From NCBI RefSeq assembly GCF_008000775.2, contig NZ_CP042905.2:3870001-3902000 (forward strand): DNA of 32,000 nt. Reading direction: 5' to 3'. This document shows positions 7,826 to 16,989 of the stretch, piece after piece; positions within the stretch are counted from its first letter, which is position 1; each line of letters opens with the position of its first letter. The notes beneath the pieces were generated by a model. The model saw only the letters and a list, made by a program, of their open reading frames with translations, had not been told where the DNA came from and did no database searches. A program made the translations under genes and the position numbers. The stretch is from Promethearchaeum syntrophicum (GTDB lineage: Archaea > Asgardarchaeota > Lokiarchaeia > Sigyniarchaeales > Promethearchaeaceae).

Positions 7826-10800
7826 TCAATTTAAATCAATAGCAGTGGAGATTTTATTCATGTCTTCTAAATTTGAACGATATTTAATAAATGACCCCAG
7901 AATTAATCCAATCCCCACTAATAAGAAAAATAAGGATGCAAATTCAAATCCTGGTCTTCCAGCATTAATTACTACATAAACGACATAAGATAATCCAATT
8001 ACCACTATAGTAAATACTTGGAAGATACGTGCTTTATTAATATTAAACATTATATTGAGATATAAAGTCAGTAATATGAAAACAAAAATAAATCCAAACT
8101 TAATTTCGGGGGAAAAATCAGTTAGTAAGCAACTAATTGTGGAGAGAATAATAACGAAATAAATTTCTATCAGTAGCAATATTTTATTTTTATTCTCTTT
8201 ATTCTTTTGATGGGAATTCATTAAGAATATGGCGGCATAAACGACAGATAGTATGAAAAAGAAATAATTCGCAAAAGTGATAGCAAAAGTTGGATCTAAG
8301 CGCATTATTATTTCCAAAATAAAGATTAACATTGGAGAAATTATAACTAATAAGTTTTTAAGCCTAGAATCAGGGTATAATGCGACATTTACACTAAAGA
8401 AAATCATAAAGAGAAAATACTGAATCCATATCAAATCACGCATATTTTGGGAAATTTCTAACCGAACTCCTACAATATAGGATAAATAAGCGAAAACTGC
8501 GATATTAATGAGTATTTGTAAATTTACGAGACCTACGGTTTTCTTTATTCGTGATTGTGAATTTAATTGTGGTTTACTATCGATTGATTTCTGAGTATTC
8601 TTTTTTTCGAGATAAATCTTTACGAACATTAAGAGAAGTACCGGGACTAATATCCAATTAGAGATATAATGATCATTACTATATTTAATGTAAAAATGCA
8701 AAGCCCAAATAATATTAATTTCTGAAAAAATTATTTCTTGGACTGGATTGGAATTATATTTACATGACTTATAGAGAAAGATTACGCTAGTAATTCCATA
8801 AAAACCAAGAACAATCCATTGTAAAATGTCAATATCTTGTGTTCTTAATAAGTGATTTGTGATAAGAAATTGAACAATTAAATAACCGGTAGTTTCAAAC
8901 CAACTATTTGATGAAACTACAAATGATACTGTCATCATTAACAAAAAGGATGTTATTAATAGGATAAGGAATCCAGTGTGAAGATATGCCCCCGAGAATA
9001 CGCCTTCATAAAGACTTGAACTAAATGCACAAATTACATATACAATGGCAGCGAAAATTAAAATAAAATAGTGTTCTTCTCTTGCTTTTTTGGTTATTTG
9101 ATAGAAACGTATACTTAGGATTGTAAAAACAATTGCTACTATCAAAGTAATAATTAAAATAGAAAAAATTAGCATATCACGATATATTATTGTTAGAATT
9201 GCATTTATTACTAGATGTACCGCCAAAAATATCTTTGAATACCCCCATTCTTTAAATAAACGAATTGATTTCTTTTGAGACTGATGTAAATAATATATTA
9301 CACTGTAAAAAATCGTCATTACGCTTAGAATGAGAAAAACAATTATTTTAATGACATTTAACCATGGTAAAGTGAAATTATAATAGGTTTTAATAATCAA
9401 AAGATCAATAACAACCAAAATAAGTAATTCAAAACTGAAAATTCTAAGTTCTTTAGATTTAGGAAAAATAAGAGGAAGAAAAGTTCCCATAAGGAGATGT
9501 CCAATTGTAATTGCATAAAATAGTACTGCATATTCTTGGTTTGGTAAAATTATCACATTGATGATGAATAAAATTTGTGATAAAACTAAACCAAGACCTT
9601 GAAAACTAATTTTGGTTATATTGGAGGCATTGGAAAGAAATTTTGCACCAAATAATGGTAAAAATGATAAAATGAAATATGCAAGGGTAAAGCTAATAAA
9701 AATTGTAGATGTAAAGTCCTCAGAATACATGATTTCTGATACTGCCCCAAAGAAAATTTGTATCATGTTGACTCCAAAAGTAATAAAGATTAATCCGTTT
9801 ACTGCAGATTTTGAAAATTTTGACTCAAAATACTGAATTCTCTTATTTATAGTAAAAAACTGCACTAATTGTATAAAAAATATGCACACGAAATATTCCA
9901 AGGATGTGTAATCCGAGCTTCTTCCTTGGAAAAGGAAAACTGAAAGTGAGAAGGTCATAATAACTTGTTGAGCAATAATAATAAATTTCTCATCCTTTAA
10001 TATCGAAAACGAGTATTCTTTTGTTCCATAGTTTTTGAATTGAACCCAACTTAGGCTTAAAGAACTCAATAAGAGGAAAATAATTGGTAAATATATATTA
10101 CTGCTAAAATTATGAAATAAAATCATAAAGGGGATTAACACGGCGAGAATAAGGACATGTATTCCGGAATTTTGTTTTTTTGATACATATATTGCCCCTA
10201 TTAACGATACTAACCATAATACACTAAAACTTGCTTTTTCATATGGATTTATATCAATAATGCGTGTTGAAGTGATTAGAAACAATTGGAATAATATGTT
10301 AATAAAAACTGCAATTTTAAAAAAATCAAGTTTAGAATTTTTAAAGAATTTTCCAAAATGTTTCTTTTGGGTCGAATTTAAAACAAAATAGGAGAATTGA
10401 ATTATAAATGCACTCAAAATTAAATCCCAGATTGGTAAATCAAAGAAATCTCTTTTTATTAAAAGGACATATATTCCAATATTAGGTAAAATTTGAGAAA
10501 TATAAAATACTACAACCTGACTTATTTTATTAGAGTAAAAATTCGATTTAAACGAAATTTCTCGATTGGAAACCCAACTTACACTAAATCCTGCAAAAGT
10601 AAGAAGGACGATAATAATTGACACATTGAGAGCAAAAAAACTCACTAAACTCATTATCGAAAGAGTCACTAAAGTTATAATTGTTGGAGTGAAGCTTATA
10701 CCTTTTAATGACAATAATAAACCTACCAAGATTACTCCAATGAAAAGACATGTCATAATAATATTTGTATAAGCACCAAAGAATGATGAATCCAATATTA

Positions 10801-11683
10801 GAGGGGTAAAAATGAGTAAAATAATGAATAAATAACATTCTCCAATGAAAAATTCATTGTATAATTTTATGATAATAAAAATTAGAATTATTATTAAAGC
10901 ACCAATTGAAAGTCCCCAAATAAGATAATTTGATGTTGATAATGGATCGGAAACAGGGAGAATAAATGAAAGAAAATATCCAATTATACCAACAATAACG
11001 AAACTTTGAGGAAAGATGAAATAGAGAGTAAGTCCCTTTTTTTTTAATTTTTGATAGACTACATATCCTGCAATGATAAACAAAGTTGAAAAAGCGAAAA
11101 TATAGATGAAAATCATTAAAGAAGTGACAATTTCATCAGCAAAAACTTCAAACAAAAATTGTGTTGTAACATAGACCGTAACTGACAGTAATAAATAGAA
11201 AGCGAACAACAAAAAATAGGGAACATATTCACTAGCGGATTTTTTAGTTTTTTGCTTTAAATTATATTTAGATAATGGTGACTGGGTTTCTAACTTAATT
11301 TTCTGAGAATTTTGTTGATTAGGAATGTTTATCTGTTTTTCTTGAGACTTATAGGTTTCAGCAAGATGTTTCGTTGTGATTTTTTGACCAATAACAGGCT
11401 CTATTGCCTTTTGTTCTTCCACATTTGGTTGGTTATCGTAGGTTTTTTCTTGAACTGGTCGTTGAACCTGAAGTTTTGGCAAAGATTTGACACCTTGAAA
11501 TTCTAATTTAGCTTCCCGATTCATATTTTTCACAGCCTCATTCAAGTCTGTTAAATGATTTTCAATGTGAAACACTCTTGTTACTAAAGACTGAAGAATT
11601 TTTTCCATACGGTTTATTCGATTTTTTAATCCAGAATCCAAATCTAATTCTTTTTTTTCTACTGAATCTTCTTTTTCTTCCAT
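7826..11683 (-). CDS. Giant polytopic membrane protein with cytosolic N-terminal coiled coil (DUF2339-like organisation)
   Basis: 1285-aa intact ORF; ~170 aa of charged/coiled-coil sequence, then near-continuous hydrophobic helices with short loops. Confidence 0.75.
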   Translation of the reverse strand: MEEKEDSVEKKELDLDSGLKNRINRMEKILQSLVTRVFHIENHLTDLNEAVKNMNREAKLEFQGVKSLPKLQVQRPVQEKTYDNQPNVEEQKAIEPVIGQKITTKHLAETYKSQEKQINIPNQQNSQKIKLETQSPLSKYNLKQKTKKSASEYVPYFLLFAFYLLLSVTVYVTTQFLFEVFADEIVTSLMIFIYIFAFSTLFIIAGYVVYQKLKKKGLTLYFIFPQSFVIVGIIGYFLSFILPVSDPLSTSNYLIWGLSIGALIIILIFIIIKLYNEFFIGECYLFIILLIFTPLILDSSFFGAYTNIIMTCLFIGVILVGLLLSLKGISFTPTIITLVTLSIMSLVSFFALNVSIIIVLLTFAGFSVSWVSNREISFKSNFYSNKISQVVVFYISQILPNIGIYVLLIKRDFFDLPIWDLILSAFIIQFSYFVLNSTQKKHFGKFFKNSKLDFFKIAVFINILFQLFLITSTRIIDINPYEKASFSVLWLVSLIGAIYVSKKQNSGIHVLILAVLIPFMILFHNFSSNIYLPIIFLLLSSLSLSWVQFKNYGTKEYSFSILKDEKFIIIAQQVIMTFSLSVFLFQGRSSDYTSLEYFVCIFFIQLVQFFTINKRIQYFESKFSKSAVNGLIFITFGVNMIQIFFGAVSEIMYSEDFTSTIFISFTLAYFILSFLPLFGAKFLSNASNITKISFQGLGLVLSQILFIINVIILPNQEYAVLFYAITIGHLLMGTFLPLIFPKSKELRIFSFELLILVVIDLLIIKTYYNFTLPWLNVIKIIVFLILSVMTIFYSVIYYLHQSQKKSIRLFKEWGYSKIFLAVHLVINAILTIIYRDMLIFSILIITLIVAIVFTILSIRFYQITKKAREEHYFILIFAAIVYVICAFSSSLYEGVFSGAYLHTGFLILLITSFLLMMTVSFVVSSNSWFETTGYLIVQFLITNHLLRTQDIDILQWIVLGFYGITSVIFLYKSCKYNSNPVQEIIFSEINIIWALHFYIKYSNDHYISNWILVPVLLLMFVKIYLEKKNTQKSIDSKPQLNSQSRIKKTVGLVNLQILINIAVFAYLSYIVGVRLEISQNMRDLIWIQYFLFMIFFSVNVALYPDSRLKNLLVIISPMLIFILEIIMRLDPTFAITFANYFFFILSVVYAAIFLMNSHQKNKENKNKILLLIEIYFVIILSTISCLLTDFSPEIKFGFIFVFILLTLYLNIMFNINKARIFQVFTIVVIGLSYVVYVVINAGRPGFEFASLFFLLVGIGLILGSFIKYRSNLEDMNKISTAIDLN

Positions 11684-12198
11684 TTTTTTTCACTTCATAA
11701 GATAGTCTTTAGTAAAACAATATAACTGAATTTTTTCGTTAGTGATTTGTAAAAAGACAAATGTATAAAAAAGTAACTAAAATGAAGTAGGAATAATGAT
11801 GCATAACTAAAAATTTTGTTTTTCCTAACGTTTTAAAACATGTAATACTACTGAAACTGCAATTAAAACAATATTATAGAAAGATGTAAAAATTAAAATA
11901 TCAAAGATGCTATTTCTAGTTTAGGAGTTAATTCCTATGCTTACAGCCGATCATCTTAGAATTTCAAAATCGTTAATATTTTCGTTATTGAGTCTAGTTG
12001 TAGTAAGCGTAGTTGTAGTAGTATTATAAAGAATTAATTAACTCTTAGAGAAAGTTCTGATTCTACCCTTTATTTAAGAGTTGTTACAGAAGATAATATT
12101 CGAATGACGGAATATGAATAAAGAAAAAAAATCAATATAAGGAAAACACAGAAAATTGATAAAAGATTTGAAGGAAAAAAAACTGAATGTGATAATTT

Positions 12199-14949
12199 AT
12201 GAATGAATTGCTCGATAAAATTTATGATCATCATACAATAGAAGAAAAATTGTATAAATGGTGGGAAAGCGAAGACTTCTTTCGCCCAGAAAAAATGAAA
12301 GAATTAGGTTTAATTGATAAAAAAAGTCCCAAATTTTGCATCACTATCCCTTTACCGAATGTTACTGGAATTCTTCATTTAGGTCATGCCATTACAATTT
12401 CACTCGAGGATTTGATGACCAGATTTGAAAGAATGAATCAAAAGGAAACACTTTATATTCCCGGAACAGACCACGCGGGAATAGCTACTCAAAACGTTGT
12501 TGAAAGAGAGTTATTAAAACAAGGAATTAAGAGAAAAGAACTGGGTCGTGAGAAATTTGTGGAAAAAGTCTGGGAATGGAAAGATCAATATCATACTCGA
12601 ATAACTAAACAATCAAAAAGGCTAGGAATCAGTAGTGATTGGTCTCGTGAACGATTTACTCTAGATAAACAGCTTTCTCATGCGGTTCGTGAAGCATTTT
12701 ATAGATTATACCAAAAAGGGTTGATTTATCGTGGAGAATATATGGTTAATTGGTGCCCAGGAAGATGTGAATCAGCAATTTCTGATCTAGAAGCAATTTC
12801 AGAGGAAGAACAAGGAAATTTATGGTATATTAAATATCCTATTACTGGAAAGTATTGGAAAAAACCCAAGGGTGAATGGGGTAGTGGAAACTGGGCAGAA
12901 GGTGCCACTGATTTTATTACTGTTGCCACTACTAGACCTGAAACACTATTAGGGGATAGCGCAATTGCAACTACATCTAAACATAAGGAGTATGGTAAAT
13001 ATATTGGAAAAAAAGCAGTTCTTCCTGCAGTTGGAAGAAAAATTCCTATAATCACCGACCCTCACGTTGATCCAGAATTTGGGACAGGTGCAGTCAAAAT
13101 AACCCCTTCCCACGATCCTAATGATTTTGAAGTTGGACAGAGACATAAATTAGAATTTATTAATATACTCGACGAAAAAGCGAGGATTTTACCAGAGATT
13201 TCAGAACGATATGCAAATATGGATCGCTATGAATGTAGAGAAGCAATTCTTGATGATATTAAAAAAGAAGGCTTATTGGTTGATATTGAACCCCATTTGC
13301 ATGCAATTGCACATTGTCAAAGATGTAATACAATAATTGAACCTAGAGTTTCAATTCAATGGTTTGCTAAAACAACAGAATTAGCAGCAGCGGCTGTTAA
13401 AAGTGTTAAAAACAGAGAAACTATAATACTCCCTGAGCGCGAAGAACATAGATTCTATCTTTGGATGGATAATATTCATGATTGGTGTATTAGTCGCCAA
13501 TTATGGTGGGGACACAGAATTCCAGTTTGGTATTGTAATAATTGTAATGCAGAAATTTGTCCAGAACCTAATATTGACCACGTTGATAGTTGTCCAGAAT
13601 GTGATTCCAAAAATATTGAACAAGAAAAAGATGTCTTAGATACATGGTTTTCGAGTGGGTTATGGCCATTTTCAACTTTAGGTTGGCCTAATCTGAAAAG
13701 CCCAGATTATAAAAGATTCTATCCAACAGACACGAGAGAAACGGGTTATGACATATTATTCTTTTGGGTTGCTAAGGAAATGATGTTAGGTATTGAACTA
13801 ACAGGTACAACTCCCTATAAAACAGTTTACCTCCATGGAATGATTAGAGATGCAAAAGGTCAGAAAATAAGCAAGTCTATGGAAAATATCGAAGATTATG
13901 ATCCTCTAAAGATCATTGAAAATGTCGGGGCTGATTCGTTAAGATATGCACTTATTTCAAATAGTGTTCCTGGACTAGATACAAATGTTGATCCTAGAAA
14001 CCTTGATGCAGCTCATCGATTCTGTAATAAAATATGGCAAGCAACGCGTTTTGTTTTAAGTAATATCAAAGAAGATGATGTGATTAAACCATTTACTAAT
14101 GAACTAACGAATCAATTATCTCACTCAGATAAATGGATACTTTCACGCATTAACAGAATTACTAAAAGAATTACAAGGTATATGACAGATTATAACTATC
14201 TTAAAGCAGCTCGAGAGATAAAGAATTTCTTTTGGAACGAGTTTTGTGATTGGTTTATTGAAATCAGTAAAATTCGTTTATATGATCCTGAAAATAATCA
14301 AAGTTCAATTCAAAAAACAGTTCTGCTCCATGTTTTAGAGACATCTTTGAGATTGTTGCACCCAATAATGCCATTTATCACTGAGAAATTATGGCAATCA
14401 TTGCCCAAGGGATTTACGAAGGGTCCATCAATAATGTTTTCACATTGGCCTCAAGCAGATGAAAAATTAATCGATGAAGAGTTAGAAGAGAATTTTGTAA
14501 TTGTATTTGATTTCATTAGGGAGATAAGGAGTATTAAGCATGATTTTGGAATCCCTCTAAAAACAAAAATTCCACTCCAAATTGAAACGTCCAATAGTGA
14601 TATATTTGAAAATGGAAAAAGAGAATTAATACATTTAGCAAATATTGATTCTGAAAAAATGATTATTGCTAAGAAAATAAATCCAGATAAGCAGTCAGCG
14701 AAAATGATTTTACATGGAATCTCTGCATATATTCCATTAAAAGGGACAATTGATTTAGAACGTGAAAAAATCCGTCTTAATAAGCAATTAGAGAAAATAG
14801 ATAAACAGATTTCCAAAATTAATAAGAAATTAAAAAGTGAATTTTCGAAAAGAGCTCCAAAAGAGCTGATTGAACAAGAAAATGAAAAATTAAGTGGTTT
14901 AGAACTTAAAAAACAACAATTATATGATCAAATATCCATTTTGGGTTAA
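12199..14949 (+). CDS. valS: Valyl-tRNA synthetase (bacterial-type)
   Basis: PLPNVTGILHLGHA (HIGH), GTDHAGIATQNVVERELLKQG, GREKFVEKVWEWKDQY, CISRQLWWGHRIPVWYC, GQKISKSMEN (KMSKS-type), and C-terminal coiled-coil arm. Confidence 0.97.
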   Translation: MNELLDKIYDHHTIEEKLYKWWESEDFFRPEKMKELGLIDKKSPKFCITIPLPNVTGILHLGHAITISLEDLMTRFERMNQKETLYIPGTDHAGIATQNVVERELLKQGIKRKELGREKFVEKVWEWKDQYHTRITKQSKRLGISSDWSRERFTLDKQLSHAVREAFYRLYQKGLIYRGEYMVNWCPGRCESAISDLEAISEEEQGNLWYIKYPITGKYWKKPKGEWGSGNWAEGATDFITVATTRPETLLGDSAIATTSKHKEYGKYIGKKAVLPAVGRKIPIITDPHVDPEFGTGAVKITPSHDPNDFEVGQRHKLEFINILDEKARILPEISERYANMDRYECREAILDDIKKEGLLVDIEPHLHAIAHCQRCNTIIEPRVSIQWFAKTTELAAAAVKSVKNRETIILPEREEHRFYLWMDNIHDWCISRQLWWGHRIPVWYCNNCNAEICPEPNIDHVDSCPECDSKNIEQEKDVLDTWFSSGLWPFSTLGWPNLKSPDYKRFYPTDTRETGYDILFFWVAKEMMLGIELTGTTPYKTVYLHGMIRDAKGQKISKSMENIEDYDPLKIIENVGADSLRYALISNSVPGLDTNVDPRNLDAAHRFCNKIWQATRFVLSNIKEDDVIKPFTNELTNQLSHSDKWILSRINRITKRITRYMTDYNYLKAAREIKNFFWNEFCDWFIEISKIRLYDPENNQSSIQKTVLLHVLETSLRLLHPIMPFITEKLWQSLPKGFTKGPSIMFSHWPQADEKLIDEELEENFVIVFDFIREIRSIKHDFGIPLKTKIPLQIETSNSDIFENGKRELIHLANIDSEKMIIAKKINPDKQSAKMILHGISAYIPLKGTIDLEREKIRLNKQLEKIDKQISKINKKLKSEFSKRAPKELIEQENEKLSGLELKKQQLYDQISILG

Positions 14950-14997
14950 TTGTTTCTTTTTCTTATTTTTTATTAAAGCAAGATTTTTTACTCGATC

Positions 14998-15324
14998 TTG
15001 CCCTATGGAAACCAGAATAAAATGAAACCATTCCACATAACTCTAAAAGAAATTTTAGAAAGTATGAAGCATCCATTTATTGACTACTCATTAATTGATT
15101 TGGGGATATTAAAAAATGTAGAAGCAGTGGGGGATAAAATTGTGGTAAATATCACTTGGCCTGCACCTGATCCTGATAACGCAATTAAACCTTTTATTAT
15201 CAGTCTGGTTTTAGGATCGCTAAAAAAACTAAATAGAAAAATCGAAATTAATGAAACACTAATGAATGATGAGGAAAGGAAATTCTACTTGGATCTTGAA
15301 AAAAAAAGTGAAAAAGAGATTTAA
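14998..15324 (+). CDS. MIP18/DUF59-family Fe-S cluster assembly-associated protein
   Basis: ITLKEILESMKHPFIDYSLIDLGILKNVEAVGDKIVVNITWPAPDPDN: MIP18/PaaD-like pattern. Confidence 0.75.
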   Translation: MPYGNQNKMKPFHITLKEILESMKHPFIDYSLIDLGILKNVEAVGDKIVVNITWPAPDPDNAIKPFIISLVLGSLKKLNRKIEINETLMNDEERKFYLDLEKKSEKEI

Positions 15325-15327
15325 CCC

Positions 15328-16134
15328 ATGGTAGAATTTAGAACACATGGAAAACCTCCATTCCAAATTGTTGTCCTTCATGGAGGTCCTGGAGCATGGG
15401 GAGAAATGGCCCCGGTTGCTGAGTATTTATCTGATACTTACGGAATTATTGAACCATTTTTCTTAGAAGCAACCCTCCCAGAACAGTTACTTGAGTTAAA
15501 ACAAATTATAGATATCCATAACATAGAAAAAGTTGTGTTAATAGGATTCTCATGGGGGGCTTGGTTGAGGTATCTTTTTGCGGCTAAATTCCCGAATTTA
15601 ATGAAAAAATTAATTCTGGTTGGAAGCGGTCCTTATAAACATCAATATTATCTGGAATTGATTGATACACGAAATAATCGTATGAGTCAGGAACAAAAAG
15701 AACATTATTCTGAGATACTTAATAATCTTCAAGATCCCAATATGACAAATAATGATGCCTCTATCTCACAATTGGGTGCTCTTTGTAGAAAAATCGATCA
15801 ATATAATGATTTAGAAGTAGAAGAGCCCTTTCCTACTCCTCACTTTGATATTGATCGGACTACTCATTTTCAAAAAGCAATGAATGAAGTAATCAGGATG
15901 CGAAAATCGGGAGACTTATTAAAAGAAGCAGAAAAAATCAAATGTCCCGTAGTAGCCATTCATGGAGATTATGATCCCCATCCTGTAAATGGAGTTAAGA
16001 TCCCCCTTGAGAAAAAAATCGTGGATTTTCAATTTTTCTTACTCGAAAAATGCGGTCACAAACCATGGACTGAGAGATATGCTCGGTTGGAATTTTATAA
16101 ATTGATAAACTCGTTGTTAATCTTCAAGGACTAA
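15328..16134 (+). CDS. Alpha/beta hydrolase
   Basis: VVLHGGPGAWGEMAP oxyanion-hole motif, nucleophile elbow GFSWGAW, and catalytic-like GDYD...EKCGHKPW. Confidence 0.88.
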   Translation: MVEFRTHGKPPFQIVVLHGGPGAWGEMAPVAEYLSDTYGIIEPFFLEATLPEQLLELKQIIDIHNIEKVVLIGFSWGAWLRYLFAAKFPNLMKKLILVGSGPYKHQYYLELIDTRNNRMSQEQKEHYSEILNNLQDPNMTNNDASISQLGALCRKIDQYNDLEVEEPFPTPHFDIDRTTHFQKAMNEVIRMRKSGDLLKEAEKIKCPVVAIHGDYDPHPVNGVKIPLEKKIVDFQFFLLEKCGHKPWTERYARLEFYKLINSLLIFKD

Positions 16135-16722
16135 ATGAATCAAGTGAAATATGATTATAAAAATGAGAAATGGGAAATTTCGATGAATTTTATTAATCCA
16201 TTTTTTAAAATTCTTTGATTCCTTAAATAGTCTAAACTTGGCAATTATACCCGAAAATACATAAAAAGTTAATATTATTGCTGTTAATATTCCTTGAATA
16301 GTTCTTGATAAACTTTTCGTCCTCAATAAGAAACCGTGGATAAATAATAAGATAAGAGCTGTTGATCCCGCAATATAATGTATCCATTGAAGTGGTTTCC
16401 GAGTTTTCATGAAAAAGGTTTTCATATTCTTTTTAAAAGTAATATTAGATTCTTTAGTATCATCCAATTTTCGTGTAAATTTAAATATGAAAAATATCAA
16501 GGCTTTTGATACCACTACACCAAATAAGATTATAGCTGTTAATCCAAGAGCTTTTGATAAATCATCCCCATCATCATCACCATCGTCATCATCTTCATCT
16601 TCATCTTCATCCTCTTGAGTGGTATATTGGATTATAGATTGGGAATTAATCGCGAAAGCAAAAACACTAAAAATTATTAGGAATCCGACAAGAACAAATT
16701 GATATTTAGTTATATTTTTCAT
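16117..16722 (-). CDS. Small membrane protein, possible heme-binding (cytochrome b/ferric-reductase-like) with acidic loop
   Basis: Hydrophobic helices with paired histidines (LQWIHYIAGSTALILLFIHGFLL; INKIHRNFPFLIFIIIFHLIHL) and a DEDEDEDDDDGDDDGDD tract. Confidence 0.6.
   Translation of the reverse strand: MKNITKYQFVLVGFLIIFSVFAFAINSQSIIQYTTQEDEDEDEDDDDGDDDGDDLSKALGLTAIILFGVVVSKALIFFIFKFTRKLDDTKESNITFKKNMKTFFMKTRKPLQWIHYIAGSTALILLFIHGFLLRTKSLSRTIQGILTAIILTFYVFSGIIAKFRLFKESKNFKKWINKIHRNFPFLIFIIIFHLIHLVLED
16561..16617. repeat. Trinucleotide-type low-complexity tract encoding the Asp/Glu run
   Basis: atcatccccatcatcatcaccatcgtcatcatcttcatcttcatcttcatcctc. Confidence 0.8.
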
Positions 16723-16794
16723 ATTATCTCTTTTTTATATATCTTGTTTACGATATTTAAACATTTTTAGAATTGTAAATAAAGGGAAAAAAAA

Positions 16795-16833
16795 TAAACC
16801 TATCGGAATTTGAATCCGAGACGTTGATTGCGA
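16795..16833 (-). pseudogene. tRNA-like 3' half fragment (T-arm plus acceptor-like 3' strand) downstream of tRNA-Ala
   Basis: Reverse complement CGCAATCAAC-GTC-TCGGA-TTCAAAT-TCCGA-TAGGTTT-A. Perfect 5-bp T stem with 7-nt TTCAAAT loop; shares TCGCAATC with the anticodon region of the adjacent tRNA-Ala. Confidence 0.45.
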
Positions 16834-16845
16834 TAAATATATTTA

Positions 16846-16919
16846 TGGACTCAGCGGGAATTGAACCCGCGACTCCCAGATTGCGAACCTGGTGTTCTAC
16901 CGGTCTAAACCATGAGCCC
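16846..16919 (-). tRNA. tRNA-Ala (anticodon CGC), intronless
   Basis: GGGCTCA-TG-GTTT-AGACCGGTA-GAAC-A-CCAGG-TTCGCAA-TCTGG-GAGTC-GCGGG-TTCAATT-CCCGC-TGAGTCC-A; all stems pair with a few G-U. Confidence 0.92.
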
Positions 16920-16989
16920 ATGGATTTAGGTTCTTTGAAATGATAAAGGGCTTCAAAAGATAAAAAATTTCGTATTTTTTAGATATTAA

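Noticed and set aside
9612-11506. Short ORFs 9612..9836, 10566..10772, 10584..10838 and 11312..11506
   Set aside because: All overlap the intact 1285-aa ORF in other frames; no recognisable domain.
12726-13146. Minus-strand ORFs 12726..13055 and 12949..13146
   Set aside because: Antisense inside valS with strongly conserved motifs on the plus strand.
16561-16617. Short trinucleotide-like repeats as a possible CRISPR or satellite
   Set aside because: No spacer/repeat structure; explained by the in-frame Asp/Glu codon tract of the membrane protein.
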